From assembly GCA_965209055.1 (NCBI GenBank), contig OZ242374.1, forward strand, positions 3,296,001-3,360,000: 64,000 bases of DNA, written 5' to 3'. The translations under genes and the position numbers were made by a program. Shown in pieces: positions 28,801-37,015 of the stretch; position 1 is the stretch's first letter, and each line of letters opens with the position of its first letter. Under the pieces are notes generated by a model that worked only from the letters and a program-made list of their open reading frames with translations, was not told the DNA's origin and did no database searches. This stretch comes from Acidobacteriota bacterium. GTDB lineage: Bacteria; Acidobacteriota; UBA6911; RPQK01; JAJDTT01.

Positions 28801-31152
28801 TTGGGGGAATGGTTTGGTGTCGTTGTCGATGGACAAGGGCGCGTAGTGGGGCTGGACCTCACCAGGAATCAACTGACGGGACGGGTCCCGGCGGAGTTGG
28901 GCAGCCTCTCCAATCTGACGGACCTGGACCTTTCTGGGAACCGACTGGTGGGACCGGTTCCGCCGGAGTTGGGCGGCCTGTCCGATCTGACGGAGGTGTC
29001 CCTCTCCGGGAACCAGTTGACGGGACCGGTTCCACCAGAGTTGGGCGGCCTGTCCAATCTGACCGACATGTCCCTCTCCGGGAACCAGTTGACGGGACCG
29101 GTTCCACCGGAGTTGGGCGGCCTGTCCAATCTGACGAGGTTGTCCCTCAGTCTGAACCGGTTGACGGGGCCGATCCCGCCGGAGTTGGGTCGCCTGTCCA
29201 GTCTGACAAGGCTTTACCTCAGCAATAACCGGTTGACGGGACCGGTCCCGCCGGAACTCGGACGCCTCTCCCGGCTGGAGTTCCTGTTCCTCGCCGGGAA
29301 TCAGTTGACGGGGCCGATCCCGACGGAACTCGGACGCCTCTCCCGGCTGGGGATACTGGAACTCGACGGGAACCGGCTGACGGGACCGATCCCGCGAGAA
29401 CTGGGCGCACTCTCCAAGTTGTCGATCCTGCGCCTCAATGACAATCAGTTGACGGGGCCGATCCCGCCGCAATGGGGCGGGATGGAAAAACTGTTCATTC
29501 TGTCCCTGACCAGGAACACCGGGTTGTCCGGAGCACTCCCGGACCGCCTGACGGAACTCGAAGATCTTCGGGAGCTACAGGCCGGAGGGACAGGTCTTTG
29601 TGTCCCTTCCGGCGACAGATTTCAAGACTGGCTGGATCGGATATGGAAATGGCGGATCAGACCCTGCTTTCTCCACAGCCTGCCGAGGGCGATTCTGACC
29701 CAGGCCGTCCAGTCACGGGAGTTTCCGGTTCCACTCGTTGCCGGCGAACAGGCCCTGCTGCGGGTGTTCCTGACGGCGTCTGACGGGTACGAACGGCTGC
29801 CTCCGGTCCGGGCCCGATTCTACGTCCGAGGCCGGGAGAGACACGTCGTGGACATCCCGGGGACCTCCACTCCGGTTCCGGCCGAAGTCGACGAGGGATC
29901 GCTCTTGTCCTCGGCCCACGGCGAAGTTCCGGGAGAGATCGTGCAGCCGGGCCTGGAGATGGTCATCGAGATCGACCCTGAGACAACTCTGGGATCCGGG
30001 GCGGGTCTGACGAAGCGGATTCCGGAGACCGGCCGGTCGGCGGTCGACGTGCGGGCGATGCCCACTTTCGATCTCACGCTGATTCCGTTTCTCTGGCGCC
30101 CGGCTCAGGACAAGTCGATCTTGGAGATGGTGGAAGGCATGGCCGCAGACCCCGAGGGCCACGAAATGCTCTGGGACACGCGCGTGCTGCTGCCGATCGG
30201 CGAACTCGAGGTGAAGGCCCACGAACCGGTGCTGAGTTCCAGCAACAACACCTTTTCGCTGATGATTCAGTCCCAAGCGATCCGGGCCATGGAGGGCGCC
30301 AGCGGTTACTACCTGGGGTTGATGTCAGGGCCGGTGACGGGTCCGTCCGGGATAGCTGATTCGAGCGGAAAGGTCAGTGTCGCGATACCTCAAGGAGCGA
30401 CGATGGCGCACGAACTCGGGCACAACCTGCGTCTTTCCCACGCGCCGTGCGGGGGCGCCGGCAACCCGGACCGTTCGTTTCCAAAAACCGATGGGTCCAT
30501 CGGCGCCTGGGGGTACGATTTCCGTGAAGGGGGCCGACTGGTGCCGCCAACTCAATCCGATCTGATGTCCTACTGCAGCTCCCGTTGGATCAGCGATTAC
30601 CATTTCACGAACGCCCTCCGGCGCCAGTTGTTCACCTCCCCCAGCCGTGGCCGGTCGTCCCTGGTCGCCGCCCCGGGGATGTCCCTCCTCTTGTGGGGTG
30701 GCGTAGATGCCGGAGGCGCACCGTTCCTGGAACCGGCGTTCGTGGTCCGGGCCCCGGCCTTGCTGCCACGCTCGACCGGGGAGTACGAGATCATCGGACA
30801 GACCACTGACGGGGACGAGTTGTTCTCGCTCCAGTTCCGAATGCCGAAAGTAGCCGACGGAGACGGCAGTTCCTCCTTTGCCTTCGTCCTGCCCGTGCAC
30901 CCCGGATGGGCCCATCGATTGGCCGGCATCACCCTGTCCGGACCCGGTGGCTCAGTCACGTTGGATCCGGACACCGACCGGCCGGTCACCCTTCTGCGCA
31001 ATCCGGGGAACGGCCAGATTCGGGCCATCCTGCGCGGTGCGGAGGCCGCCCCCTCAAACCTGGACGCGACCGTGTCGGCGCTTTCGTTGGAACCGGGGTT
31101 GGAGAGGTGGACCAGCCGCGGAATCCCGGATCCGGAAGACTGGACACAATAG
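25828..31152 (+). CDS. Giant secreted multidomain protein: duplicated N-terminal domain, Ig-like linker, plant-type LRR blocks, zinc metallopeptidase
   Basis: 1774 aa; LxxLxLxxNxLTGPIPPELG repeats; three N-cap modules (AL..ATGG..W...NW); HELGHNLRLSHAPCG. Confidence 0.88.
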   Translation: MPVDGGVFLIHLLLRPGLSPVVAWWLFFVLSSAQTGGPLSEDVRGPADDPIARPAQQPGETVLYFPDYVDGGGWSVQVVLSNVDPDAAAEVRIEVYDPNGQAVRDLFGSELTFEIPSLGSRVWKSAGSGAIRRGWIQVGTDSPSVSGLLTYRDARSGVEVGVKPVELGSQFALFVEDSPSVGAGVAVFKPDDSSRLELRVRDEAGNDPLEGGFVSRGDFHQVANTLPEWFTVQGDDPGFLGDFRGLLFLETEEESPFAPVGLRFGKRTSSLSAVPAIRTQREEPQETDLLFPDYVDGEGWSVQLALSNFDPDAEAEARVEVYDAAGSPVADLFDSDLTLEIPSLGSRVLRSAGSGAIRRGWIQVRTDAAAVSGLLTYRDARSGIEVGVEPVGLGKEFALFVEESGTLGAGLALFKPEAGSGIELRFRDEEGNDPLDGVYVPWRDFHQSAQTLTEWLDVPGVDAESLADFRGLLFLRTGDESGFAPLGLRFGKRTSSLSAVPAIRILDGSGIDGGNAPPPTVTISASPTSIDRGGSTTLTWSSTSGESAEITPDVGEVPTSGTLKVTPNATTTYRIMVTGADGQTASASVTVTVAVSERAALGALFDALGGSGWTRSDNWGTGAPLADWYGVEVDSRGRVIELRMVVSIVDEDGRSQTTGIGLTGKIPPELGALSQLRVLDLRSNQLTGPIPPELGHLSNLTSLYLGNNQLTGPIPPELGRLSNLMWLNLNDNQLTGPIPPELSGLSNLRELYLFNNRLTGSLPAELGGLSNLTRMYLRNNQLTGPIPPSFLNLELDYFDFLDNANTGICAPGTTGFVRWLRGMEQYNGSYCNESDVAVLKFLYRATGGAEWTNSGGWLGDGAASEWHGVSTDSLGWVTGLDLSRNGLSGQVPGRLGELEHLTGLRIDGNPLSGRLPLSLARLSLREFRYGDTELCAPVDESFQAWLNAIPSHDGTGRKCMPLTDREILAALYDATGGPNWMQSNNWLTDSPLGEWFGVVVDGQGRVVGLDLTRNQLTGRVPAELGSLSNLTDLDLSGNRLVGPVPPELGGLSDLTEVSLSGNQLTGPVPPELGGLSNLTDMSLSGNQLTGPVPPELGGLSNLTRLSLSLNRLTGPIPPELGRLSSLTRLYLSNNRLTGPVPPELGRLSRLEFLFLAGNQLTGPIPTELGRLSRLGILELDGNRLTGPIPRELGALSKLSILRLNDNQLTGPIPPQWGGMEKLFILSLTRNTGLSGALPDRLTELEDLRELQAGGTGLCVPSGDRFQDWLDRIWKWRIRPCFLHSLPRAILTQAVQSREFPVPLVAGEQALLRVFLTASDGYERLPPVRARFYVRGRERHVVDIPGTSTPVPAEVDEGSLLSSAHGEVPGEIVQPGLEMVIEIDPETTLGSGAGLTKRIPETGRSAVDVRAMPTFDLTLIPFLWRPAQDKSILEMVEGMAADPEGHEMLWDTRVLLPIGELEVKAHEPVLSSSNNTFSLMIQSQAIRAMEGASGYYLGLMSGPVTGPSGIADSSGKVSVAIPQGATMAHELGHNLRLSHAPCGGAGNPDRSFPKTDGSIGAWGYDFREGGRLVPPTQSDLMSYCSSRWISDYHFTNALRRQLFTSPSRGRSSLVAAPGMSLLLWGGVDAGGAPFLEPAFVVRAPALLPRSTGEYEIIGQTTDGDELFSLQFRMPKVADGDGSSSFAFVLPVHPGWAHRLAGITLSGPGGSVTLDPDTDRPVTLLRNPGNGQIRAILRGAEAAPSNLDATVSALSLEPGLERWTSRGIPDPEDWTQ
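26005..27339. repeat. Intragenic tandem duplication, period 678 bp (226 aa)
   Basis: FPDYVDG.GWSVQ...GLRFGKRTSSLSAVPAIR occurs at 26005-26661 and 26683-27339. Confidence 0.9.
27811..29470. repeat. Two 72-bp-period coding LRR arrays (about 27811-28190 and 28850-29470)
   Basis: Recurrent aaccagttgacggg(g/a)ccg(a/g)t(c/t)ccgccgga every 72 nt. Confidence 0.9.
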
Positions 31153-31198
31153 CTGACCACCCACTCTCCGCTTTGGTGCGCGTGCCGCCCGGGAGGGG

Positions 31199-31422
31199 CG
31201 AGATTCGGTCGATTCTGTCTCCGGTGAGGTATTGCAGAACGTCCAGATTGTGGATGCCGTGGTAGATGAGCTTCCCGCCTCCCGCCTTGGCCTTGGAAGT
31301 CACCCACGAGCCGTGGAATTCGGGGCGGGTCAGCCGGGCCTGGGGTTACGTGATGCAGACCGGGGACATCGTCCGCTGGCTGCGAACGGGCGAGAAACGG
31401 GCCCGCACCCGCTTGCCGGCGT
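31199..31422. repeat. Chimeric relic: Gfo/Idh/MocA fragment (copy of 33933-34077) fused to isochorismatase 3' end (copy of 25566-25655)
   Basis: Manual alignment gives about 8/145 and about 12/90 mismatches; the two parts overlap at GCCGGG(T/C)CTGG. Confidence 0.9.
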
Positions 31423-31473
31423 CGTCTCCAGATTCTTGTGATCGTGTCCGTAGTTCCAAATCTGAAGCTGTGC

Positions 31474-31866
31474 TTATCGTTGCATCGCCGGTTCGGATTC
31501 AGGGGGACCACCAACTACCCAAACGACCTCGTTCGTCAGCACCCTGGCGAATCGGTCTCCACGGTGAATTAGCAGGGTCCATTCCTCGACGGTATAGACC
31601 AGAAGGTCGGCGGGGACCGGCAAACGTTCGTAGGGCCAGTCGCTTGCCCGTTCCAGATATGAAGCCTCGCTGTGCTCCACGATTGCGATGAGATCGATGT
31701 CGCTTCCGAACCCTGCCTCGTTCCGTGCGTAGGACCCGAAGTAGCCAAGGGCGGCAAGACCAGGCCGGACTTCGGTCTGGGCGTTGGCCCATGCCTCTAC
31801 TGAACGCAGAACGGTATCAGCCGCCGGCCAGCGTTTTATGGACGAAGTCGAGGAGGTTACGGGCAT
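31474..31866 (-). CDS. Minimal nucleotidyltransferase (MNT) antitoxin-like protein
   Basis: YFGSYARNEAGFGSDIDL and ADLLVYT. Confidence 0.9.
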   Translation of the reverse strand: MPVTSSTSSIKRWPAADTVLRSVEAWANAQTEVRPGLAALGYFGSYARNEAGFGSDIDLIAIVEHSEASYLERASDWPYERLPVPADLLVYTVEEWTLLIHRGDRFARVLTNEVVWVVGGPPESEPAMQR

Positions 31867-32206
31867 GGGAAACTGCTTGTGAGCTTTGGAGTGATCCGTA
31901 GTGTTCGAAGGCCGGGCCTTCCACGTGTCCGTTCGGATACCGGGCCGGGACGTAGTAGTTGTCCAGGATCCGTGCCTGGTCGATCAAGTCGGCGGGCGGC
32001 GCAGGAGAAAGTTGGCTCAACAGTCTCGAGATGACGTGACCCCAGGCTTCCTGGTCCTGGGCCAAGTGGAGCGCCTTGACCGCTTTCTCACCCGCTTGGT
32101 GTGCCGCAAAGCACGCCCAGTCGTGTCGACCGTCCCGTTGCGAGGCAACGGCCTGCTCAAAATCGTGTTCCGACTGTGCGAGCCAGTCTCTCCATCGTTG
32201 AGTCAT
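31817..32206 (-). CDS. HEPN domain protein
   Basis: WLAQSEHD, WACFAAHQAGEKAVKA, WGH and LDNYYVPARYP; overlaps the MNT gene. Confidence 0.9.
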   Translation of the reverse strand: MTQRWRDWLAQSEHDFEQAVASQRDGRHDWACFAAHQAGEKAVKALHLAQDQEAWGHVISRLLSQLSPAPPADLIDQARILDNYYVPARYPNGHVEGPAFEHYGSLQSSQAVSHARNLLDFVHKTLAGG

Positions 32207-32319
32207 GCTCGGCTCCGGTGAGGACTCTCCGGCCAAAGCCGCGGAATCCTCCATCGGCTGGCCTGATTTCCACATTGTAACGCGGGACTTCCTGCTATGC
32301 GATTTGGTGCGCGGCAAGT

Positions 32320-32380
32320 GTACAGTGGGGACTCCGTCCCCCCTAACCCCCCCTTTTCGGCGACAAGAAAGTCGCCGCTC
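32320..32380. repeat. Composite REP-like element, similar to 9189-9241
   Basis: gtac.gtgg(gg)actccgtccccc...cccc...tcGGCGAC-aagaaa-GTCGCC shared with the 9.2 kb copy. Confidence 0.75.
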
Positions 32381-33506
32381 GGAGATCCTGGGTGCGGCCG
32401 GTTTCGGCGGACCGGTAGCCGGCGAAGATCACCCGCATCAGGTGAAGGCACTCGTCGGCGGTCATGGGGGGCGGTGACAGGCCCCGCGTGAAATCCACGG
32501 CGGCCTGGATCAGGGTGCCGTACAGATCGGGATCGTCCTGGTAGTAGAAGAGCTGGACTCCCCGGGGAGCGTCCGGGTGGGTCGAGTACCACTTCAGAGG
32601 CTCCCCCGAGGGCAGGTCCAGGTGCATCCAGCCCTTGGAGCCCCAGAGCCGGATCTGGTTCTGGTAGAAGCGGTCCAGGTAGTAGCCGGCGTTGAGCGTG
32701 CCCACCAACCCGCCGCGCATGCGAAACGTCACGACGGCGGCGTCCTCCACGTCGATGGGCTGTCCGCCCACGTTTTCGCAGAGGGCCGAGATCCGGTCGA
32801 TTCTGTCGCCGGTGAGATATTGCAGAACGTCCAGGTAGTGGATGCCGTGGTAGATGAGCTTCCCGCCTCCGGCCTTGGCCTTGGAGGCCACCCACAGGCC
32901 GTGGTACTCGGGGCGGGTCAGCCGGGTCTGGTCGGCGATCCAGTCCATGGTGGCGGAGTAGGGTTTTCCCAGGTAGCCCTTTCCGATGAGCTCCCGGGCT
33001 TTCTTGATCGCCTCGCTCACCCGGGTCGACATGGCCAGCATCAACTCCCGTTTCCGGGACTGGGCCACCGGAACAAGCGGCTCGAAGTCCTCCAGTCGCG
33101 CGCAACCCGGTTTCTCGGTGATGACGTGGCTGCCGGCCTGCAGCGCCATTCGGATGGCGGGAGGGGAATGATGGCCCTCCAGGGTCACGACCACCAGCTC
33201 GGGCCGAGCCTCCTGAAGCATCTCCCGATGGCTCCGGTAGAGCCCTGCCAGACGATCGCCCAGGATCGCCCTGGCCTGGTCGAACTTCTTCCCGGTGGGG
33301 TCGGAGACTGCGACGCGGCCCACGCCGCGGGCGCTCGCGAATCCCTGAAAATAGCTGCGGAGATGACCGCCGGTCGCCTCGGTCAGCACGCCCGCCGAGA
33401 TGGGCTCTTCCGATCCGGCCCGGACCCGGGTGGCGTTTGCGGGAACGGCGGCCAGCGCCGCCAGTCCGCCCAGAGCTTGTCGTCGGGAAATCTGTTGGTG
33501 TTTCAT
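32343..33506 (-). CDS. Tat-signal Gfo/Idh/MocA oxidoreductase (paralog 1)
   Basis: SRRQALG; HVITEKP; GGGKLIYHGIHYLD; DVED. Confidence 0.9.
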   Translation of the reverse strand: MKHQQISRRQALGGLAALAAVPANATRVRAGSEEPISAGVLTEATGGHLRSYFQGFASARGVGRVAVSDPTGKKFDQARAILGDRLAGLYRSHREMLQEARPELVVVTLEGHHSPPAIRMALQAGSHVITEKPGCARLEDFEPLVPVAQSRKRELMLAMSTRVSEAIKKARELIGKGYLGKPYSATMDWIADQTRLTRPEYHGLWVASKAKAGGGKLIYHGIHYLDVLQYLTGDRIDRISALCENVGGQPIDVEDAAVVTFRMRGGLVGTLNAGYYLDRFYQNQIRLWGSKGWMHLDLPSGEPLKWYSTHPDAPRGVQLFYYQDDPDLYGTLIQAAVDFTRGLSPPPMTADECLHLMRVIFAGYRSAETGRTQDLRAATFLSPKRGG

Positions 33507-33518
33507 GCTGCCTTCCGG

Positions 33519-34655
33519 TCAGCCCAGATCCTGGGTTCGGCCGGTTTCGGCGGACCGGTAGCCCGCGAAGATCACTCGCATCAGATGCAGGCTCTCTTCG
33601 GCGGTCATGGGGGGCGGGGCTTGGCCGCGCGCGAAGTCCACGGCGGCGTGGACCAGGCTTCCGTACCGGTGGTTGGAGTTGTCCTTATAGTGGAAGAGTT
33701 GGACTCCCCGGGGAGCATCCGGGTGGGTCGAGTACCACTTCAAGGGCTCGCCCGAGGTCAGTTCCAGGTGCATCCAGCCCTTGGAGCCCCAGAAACGGAT
33801 CTGATTCTGCTTGGAGCGGTCCAGGTAGTAGCCGGCATTGAGCGTCCCCACCCAACCGCCGCGCATGCGGAACGTGACGACGGCCGCGTCCTCCACGTCG
33901 ATGGGCTGCCCGCCCACGTTTTCGCAGAAGGCCGAGATCCGGTCGATTCTGTCGCCGGTGAGGTATTGCAGAACGTCCAGGTAGTGGATGCCGTGGTAGA
34001 TGAGCTTCCCGCCCCCCGCCTTGGCCTTGGAAGCCACCCACAAGCCGTGGAATTCGGGGCGGGTCAGCCGGGTCTGGTCCGCGATCCAGTCCATGGTGGC
34101 CGAGTAGGGCTTTCCCAGGTAGCCCTTGCGGATGAGCTCCCGGGCTTTCTGTATGGCGTGACTCATCCTCGTATGCATGGCCAGCATCAGTTCCCTTTTT
34201 TGCGACTGGGCCAACGGCGCCAGCGGCTCGAAGTCTTCCAACCGGGCGCAGCCCGGCTTCTCGGTGATGACGTGGCTGCCGGCCTCCAGCGCCATTCGGA
34301 TGGCGGGAGGGGAGCGATGGCCTGCCAAGATCACGACCACCAGCTTGGGACGGGCCTTCCGGAGCATCTCCTGATGGCTGCGGTAGAGTCCTTTCAGACG
34401 CTCCCCAAGGAGGTCCTTGGCCTGGTCGAACCTCTTCCCGGTGGGGTCGGAGACTGCCACGCGAGCCACGCCCGGGGCGCTCGCCAACCCTTGGAGTAAT
34501 TGGCGGATATGGCCGCCGCCGGTCCCCTCGGTCAGCACGCCCGCCGAAATGGGCTCTTCCGATCCGGCCCGGATCCGGCTGGTGTTTATGGGAACAGTGG
34601 CCAGCGCCGCCAGTCCGCCGAGAGCTCGCCGCCGGGAGACCTGATGGCGTTTCAT
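33519..34655 (-). CDS. Tat-signal Gfo/Idh/MocA oxidoreductase (paralog 2)
   Basis: SRRRALG; same motifs; close tandem paralog of 32343..33506. Confidence 0.9.
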   Translation of the reverse strand: MKRHQVSRRRALGGLAALATVPINTSRIRAGSEEPISAGVLTEGTGGGHIRQLLQGLASAPGVARVAVSDPTGKRFDQAKDLLGERLKGLYRSHQEMLRKARPKLVVVILAGHRSPPAIRMALEAGSHVITEKPGCARLEDFEPLAPLAQSQKRELMLAMHTRMSHAIQKARELIRKGYLGKPYSATMDWIADQTRLTRPEFHGLWVASKAKAGGGKLIYHGIHYLDVLQYLTGDRIDRISAFCENVGGQPIDVEDAAVVTFRMRGGWVGTLNAGYYLDRSKQNQIRFWGSKGWMHLELTSGEPLKWYSTHPDAPRGVQLFHYKDNSNHRYGSLVHAAVDFARGQAPPPMTAEESLHLMRVIFAGYRSAETGRTQDLG

Positions 34656-34796
34656 GGCGCCAGGATATCTCCGGAGTCACAGCCGGGCAATCGAACTCCT
34701 GGCGGCGTTGCTCCGGTTCGCCCGCAAACCGACTTGACCGCGGGACAGGATCATCGGATGTTCGATGCGGACCCGAAACGGATGGGAAGGAGAAAG

Positions 34797-36446
34797 ATGA
34801 AGACCAATGCCTCAGAGACCGCCCGTATGGATGGACGGCCGAACCACTATCGGATCGGCTGGCTCCTGTCCGGCGTGCTCTGTTTGCCTAGTCTGTCAGG
34901 ACTGGAGGCTTCCAACTCGGCGTTCCTGGAAATCGGGAATCGGAAACAGCTTTTTCTGGACCGCCAGGTGGTAGAGAGCCTGACCCACGCCAAACGGGTG
35001 CTCAATCCGGCGGCCAAGCACCCGGCCAACCCCTTGGTCAAGCCGGACCGGCCCTGGGAAGGCCACTATCTCGGGCTGGGCAGGATTCTCTATGACGAGG
35101 ACCGAAAAGTTTTCAAAATGTGGTACGGGAGCACGGACCGCTTCACTGCCAAGAAAGGGGGAGATCGGCTCCGCCCCTACCGTTGGGACTGGTCGGTGGA
35201 GGATGGCCGGGCCGTCCGGCGAAAGGTGGAGGAAATCTACGGCTACAGCGAATATGCCGGGCGCAACGATTGGATCCGGCTCTACGCCGAATCCACGGAC
35301 GGCATCCACTGGAAGAAGCCAAATCTGGGGCTGGTGGAATTCCAGGGTTCCCGCGACAACAACATTTTGCCCGCCGGCGAGTACGTCCCCAGCCATTACG
35401 ATCCCTACGAGCCGGACCCGGACAAGCGCTACAAGAAGGTGGTCCGGCGCGAGTCCAGCATCGATCCGAAGAACGACCCGGGTCTCTACGCCTGGGATGG
35501 CGTCCAGGTCGACTTCTTCCATTCCCCCGATGGAATCAACTGGACGCCGTACCCCGACAACCCCCGAACCGTAGGGGAGGGAGACCCCTGGTGGGTGCGG
35601 CGCTGGGGCGGTTTCGTCGGCAACTGGGACCCCATCGGGAAGCACTACGTCCAGTACCAGGAAAACTGCCTGCATCGGTACTGTCCCCTGGGGATCCGGG
35701 TCATCGGCCGCGCCCGGAGCCCGGACATGATCCATTGGACCGAGATGGAGACGATCATGGTCCCGGACCGGGACGATGATCCCGACACCGAGTTCTATGG
35801 CATGCCGGTCTTCTACTACGAGGGATTCCGGATCGGGCTGGTCTGGATCTTTCGGACCACCAACACCCTGCACTATCCCCAACTCGCCGTGAGCCGGGAC
35901 GGAGTCCGATACGAGCGCGAGTTCCGGGAGCCCCTGGTGAGGGTGGGGGACTATGGCGATTTCGACGAGAGCACCGTCTACGTTCGAGTCCCCATGGTCC
36001 ACGACGGACAGATCCGGATCTACTACTACGGCGGCAACTGGAGAGGCCCGGAGGCCCTTCATGCAAAGGGAGACCGGGCCATCTTCGCCATCGGCCTGGC
36101 GACGCTCCCCGAAGACGGATTCGTCTCGGTGGACTCGGGAAAGATCCAAGCCGGCGAGCTGGTGACCCGGCCCCTCCGCTTCCAGGGCCGGGAGTTGGTG
36201 GTGAACATGGACGCCGCCAAGCACAACCATGGTTCGGGCCGGCCCCAGGTCCGGGTCGAGCTTCTGGGAGTTTCCCACGAACCCATTGAGGGGTTTCTGC
36301 TCCGCGAGTCCGATCCCGTCGCCGCCAGCGGCCGGCACGTCATGAGCTGGCAGGGAAGAAACGACGTGAGCCGTCTTGCCGGCCGGACGGTCCGGCTCCG
36401 TTTTTCCATGAAGAACGCCAAGCTCTACTCCTTCCAATTCCGGTAG
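34797..36446 (+). CDS. Secreted GH32/GH43-like beta-propeller protein
   Basis: KQLFLD, KHPANP, YAESTDG..W.KPNLG, GLATLPEDGFVS and AKLYSFQF; AAGGAG SD. Confidence 0.72.
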   Translation: MKTNASETARMDGRPNHYRIGWLLSGVLCLPSLSGLEASNSAFLEIGNRKQLFLDRQVVESLTHAKRVLNPAAKHPANPLVKPDRPWEGHYLGLGRILYDEDRKVFKMWYGSTDRFTAKKGGDRLRPYRWDWSVEDGRAVRRKVEEIYGYSEYAGRNDWIRLYAESTDGIHWKKPNLGLVEFQGSRDNNILPAGEYVPSHYDPYEPDPDKRYKKVVRRESSIDPKNDPGLYAWDGVQVDFFHSPDGINWTPYPDNPRTVGEGDPWWVRRWGGFVGNWDPIGKHYVQYQENCLHRYCPLGIRVIGRARSPDMIHWTEMETIMVPDRDDDPDTEFYGMPVFYYEGFRIGLVWIFRTTNTLHYPQLAVSRDGVRYEREFREPLVRVGDYGDFDESTVYVRVPMVHDGQIRIYYYGGNWRGPEALHAKGDRAIFAIGLATLPEDGFVSVDSGKIQAGELVTRPLRFQGRELVVNMDAAKHNHGSGRPQVRVELLGVSHEPIEGFLLRESDPVAASGRHVMSWQGRNDVSRLAGRTVRLRFSMKNAKLYSFQFR

Positions 36447-36495
36447 CCGGGAGAGGTTGTCATGGGAACCCGGCTCAAAAGCGGGTAAGCTGGAC

Positions 36496-36981
36496 ATGAT
36501 GACGTCGTTCAAGCGCGATGAGGCTCTGCGCCTGCTGGAGGAAGGGAATCAACGGCATCAGCACGGGGACATCGAAGGCGCCAAGGAGAAGTACAAGGAG
36601 TCCATCGACGTGCATCCCACCGCCGACGCCCACACCTTCCTGGGTTGGATGTACGGGATCCAGGGGCGTCTCCGGCTGGCCATCCGGCATTGCAGGATCG
36701 CCATCGACCTGGATCCCGATTTCGGCAACCCCTACAACGACATCGGGGTCTACCTGATGCAGCAGAACCGTCTCGACGAGGCGGAGCCGTGGCTGCGCCG
36801 GGCCATGCAGGCCGAGCGCTACGAGCCGCGCCAGTTCCCGCATCTCAACATGGGGCGGATCCACCTGGCCCGGAAGGAATACGGAAAGGCGCTCGACGAG
36901 TTCCGCCGGGCGCTTCGACTCGCGCCGGAAGACCGGACCGCCGCGGCCGCTTTCCGGGATCTGGTGGGGAAGTTGAATTGA
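36496..36981 (+). CDS. Tetratricopeptide repeat protein
   Basis: AHTFLGW, AIDLDPDFGNPYNDIG and PHLNMGRI. Confidence 0.88.
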   Translation: MMTSFKRDEALRLLEEGNQRHQHGDIEGAKEKYKESIDVHPTADAHTFLGWMYGIQGRLRLAIRHCRIAIDLDPDFGNPYNDIGVYLMQQNRLDEAEPWLRRAMQAERYEPRQFPHLNMGRIHLARKEYGKALDEFRRALRLAPEDRTAAAAFRDLVGKLN

Positions 36982-37015
36982 GAGCCGGGGCCATAAAGAC
37001 GAGAGGAGAGACCAA

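Noticed and set aside
27811-29470. 72-bp periodic repeats as a CRISPR array
   Set aside because: They are in-frame coding LRR units with degenerate codons, no unique spacers and no cas genes.
31266-31691. ORF 31266..31691 as a real gene
   Set aside because: It is assembled from the antisense Gfo fragment, the isochorismatase tail and antisense MNT, so it is a by-product of the junction.
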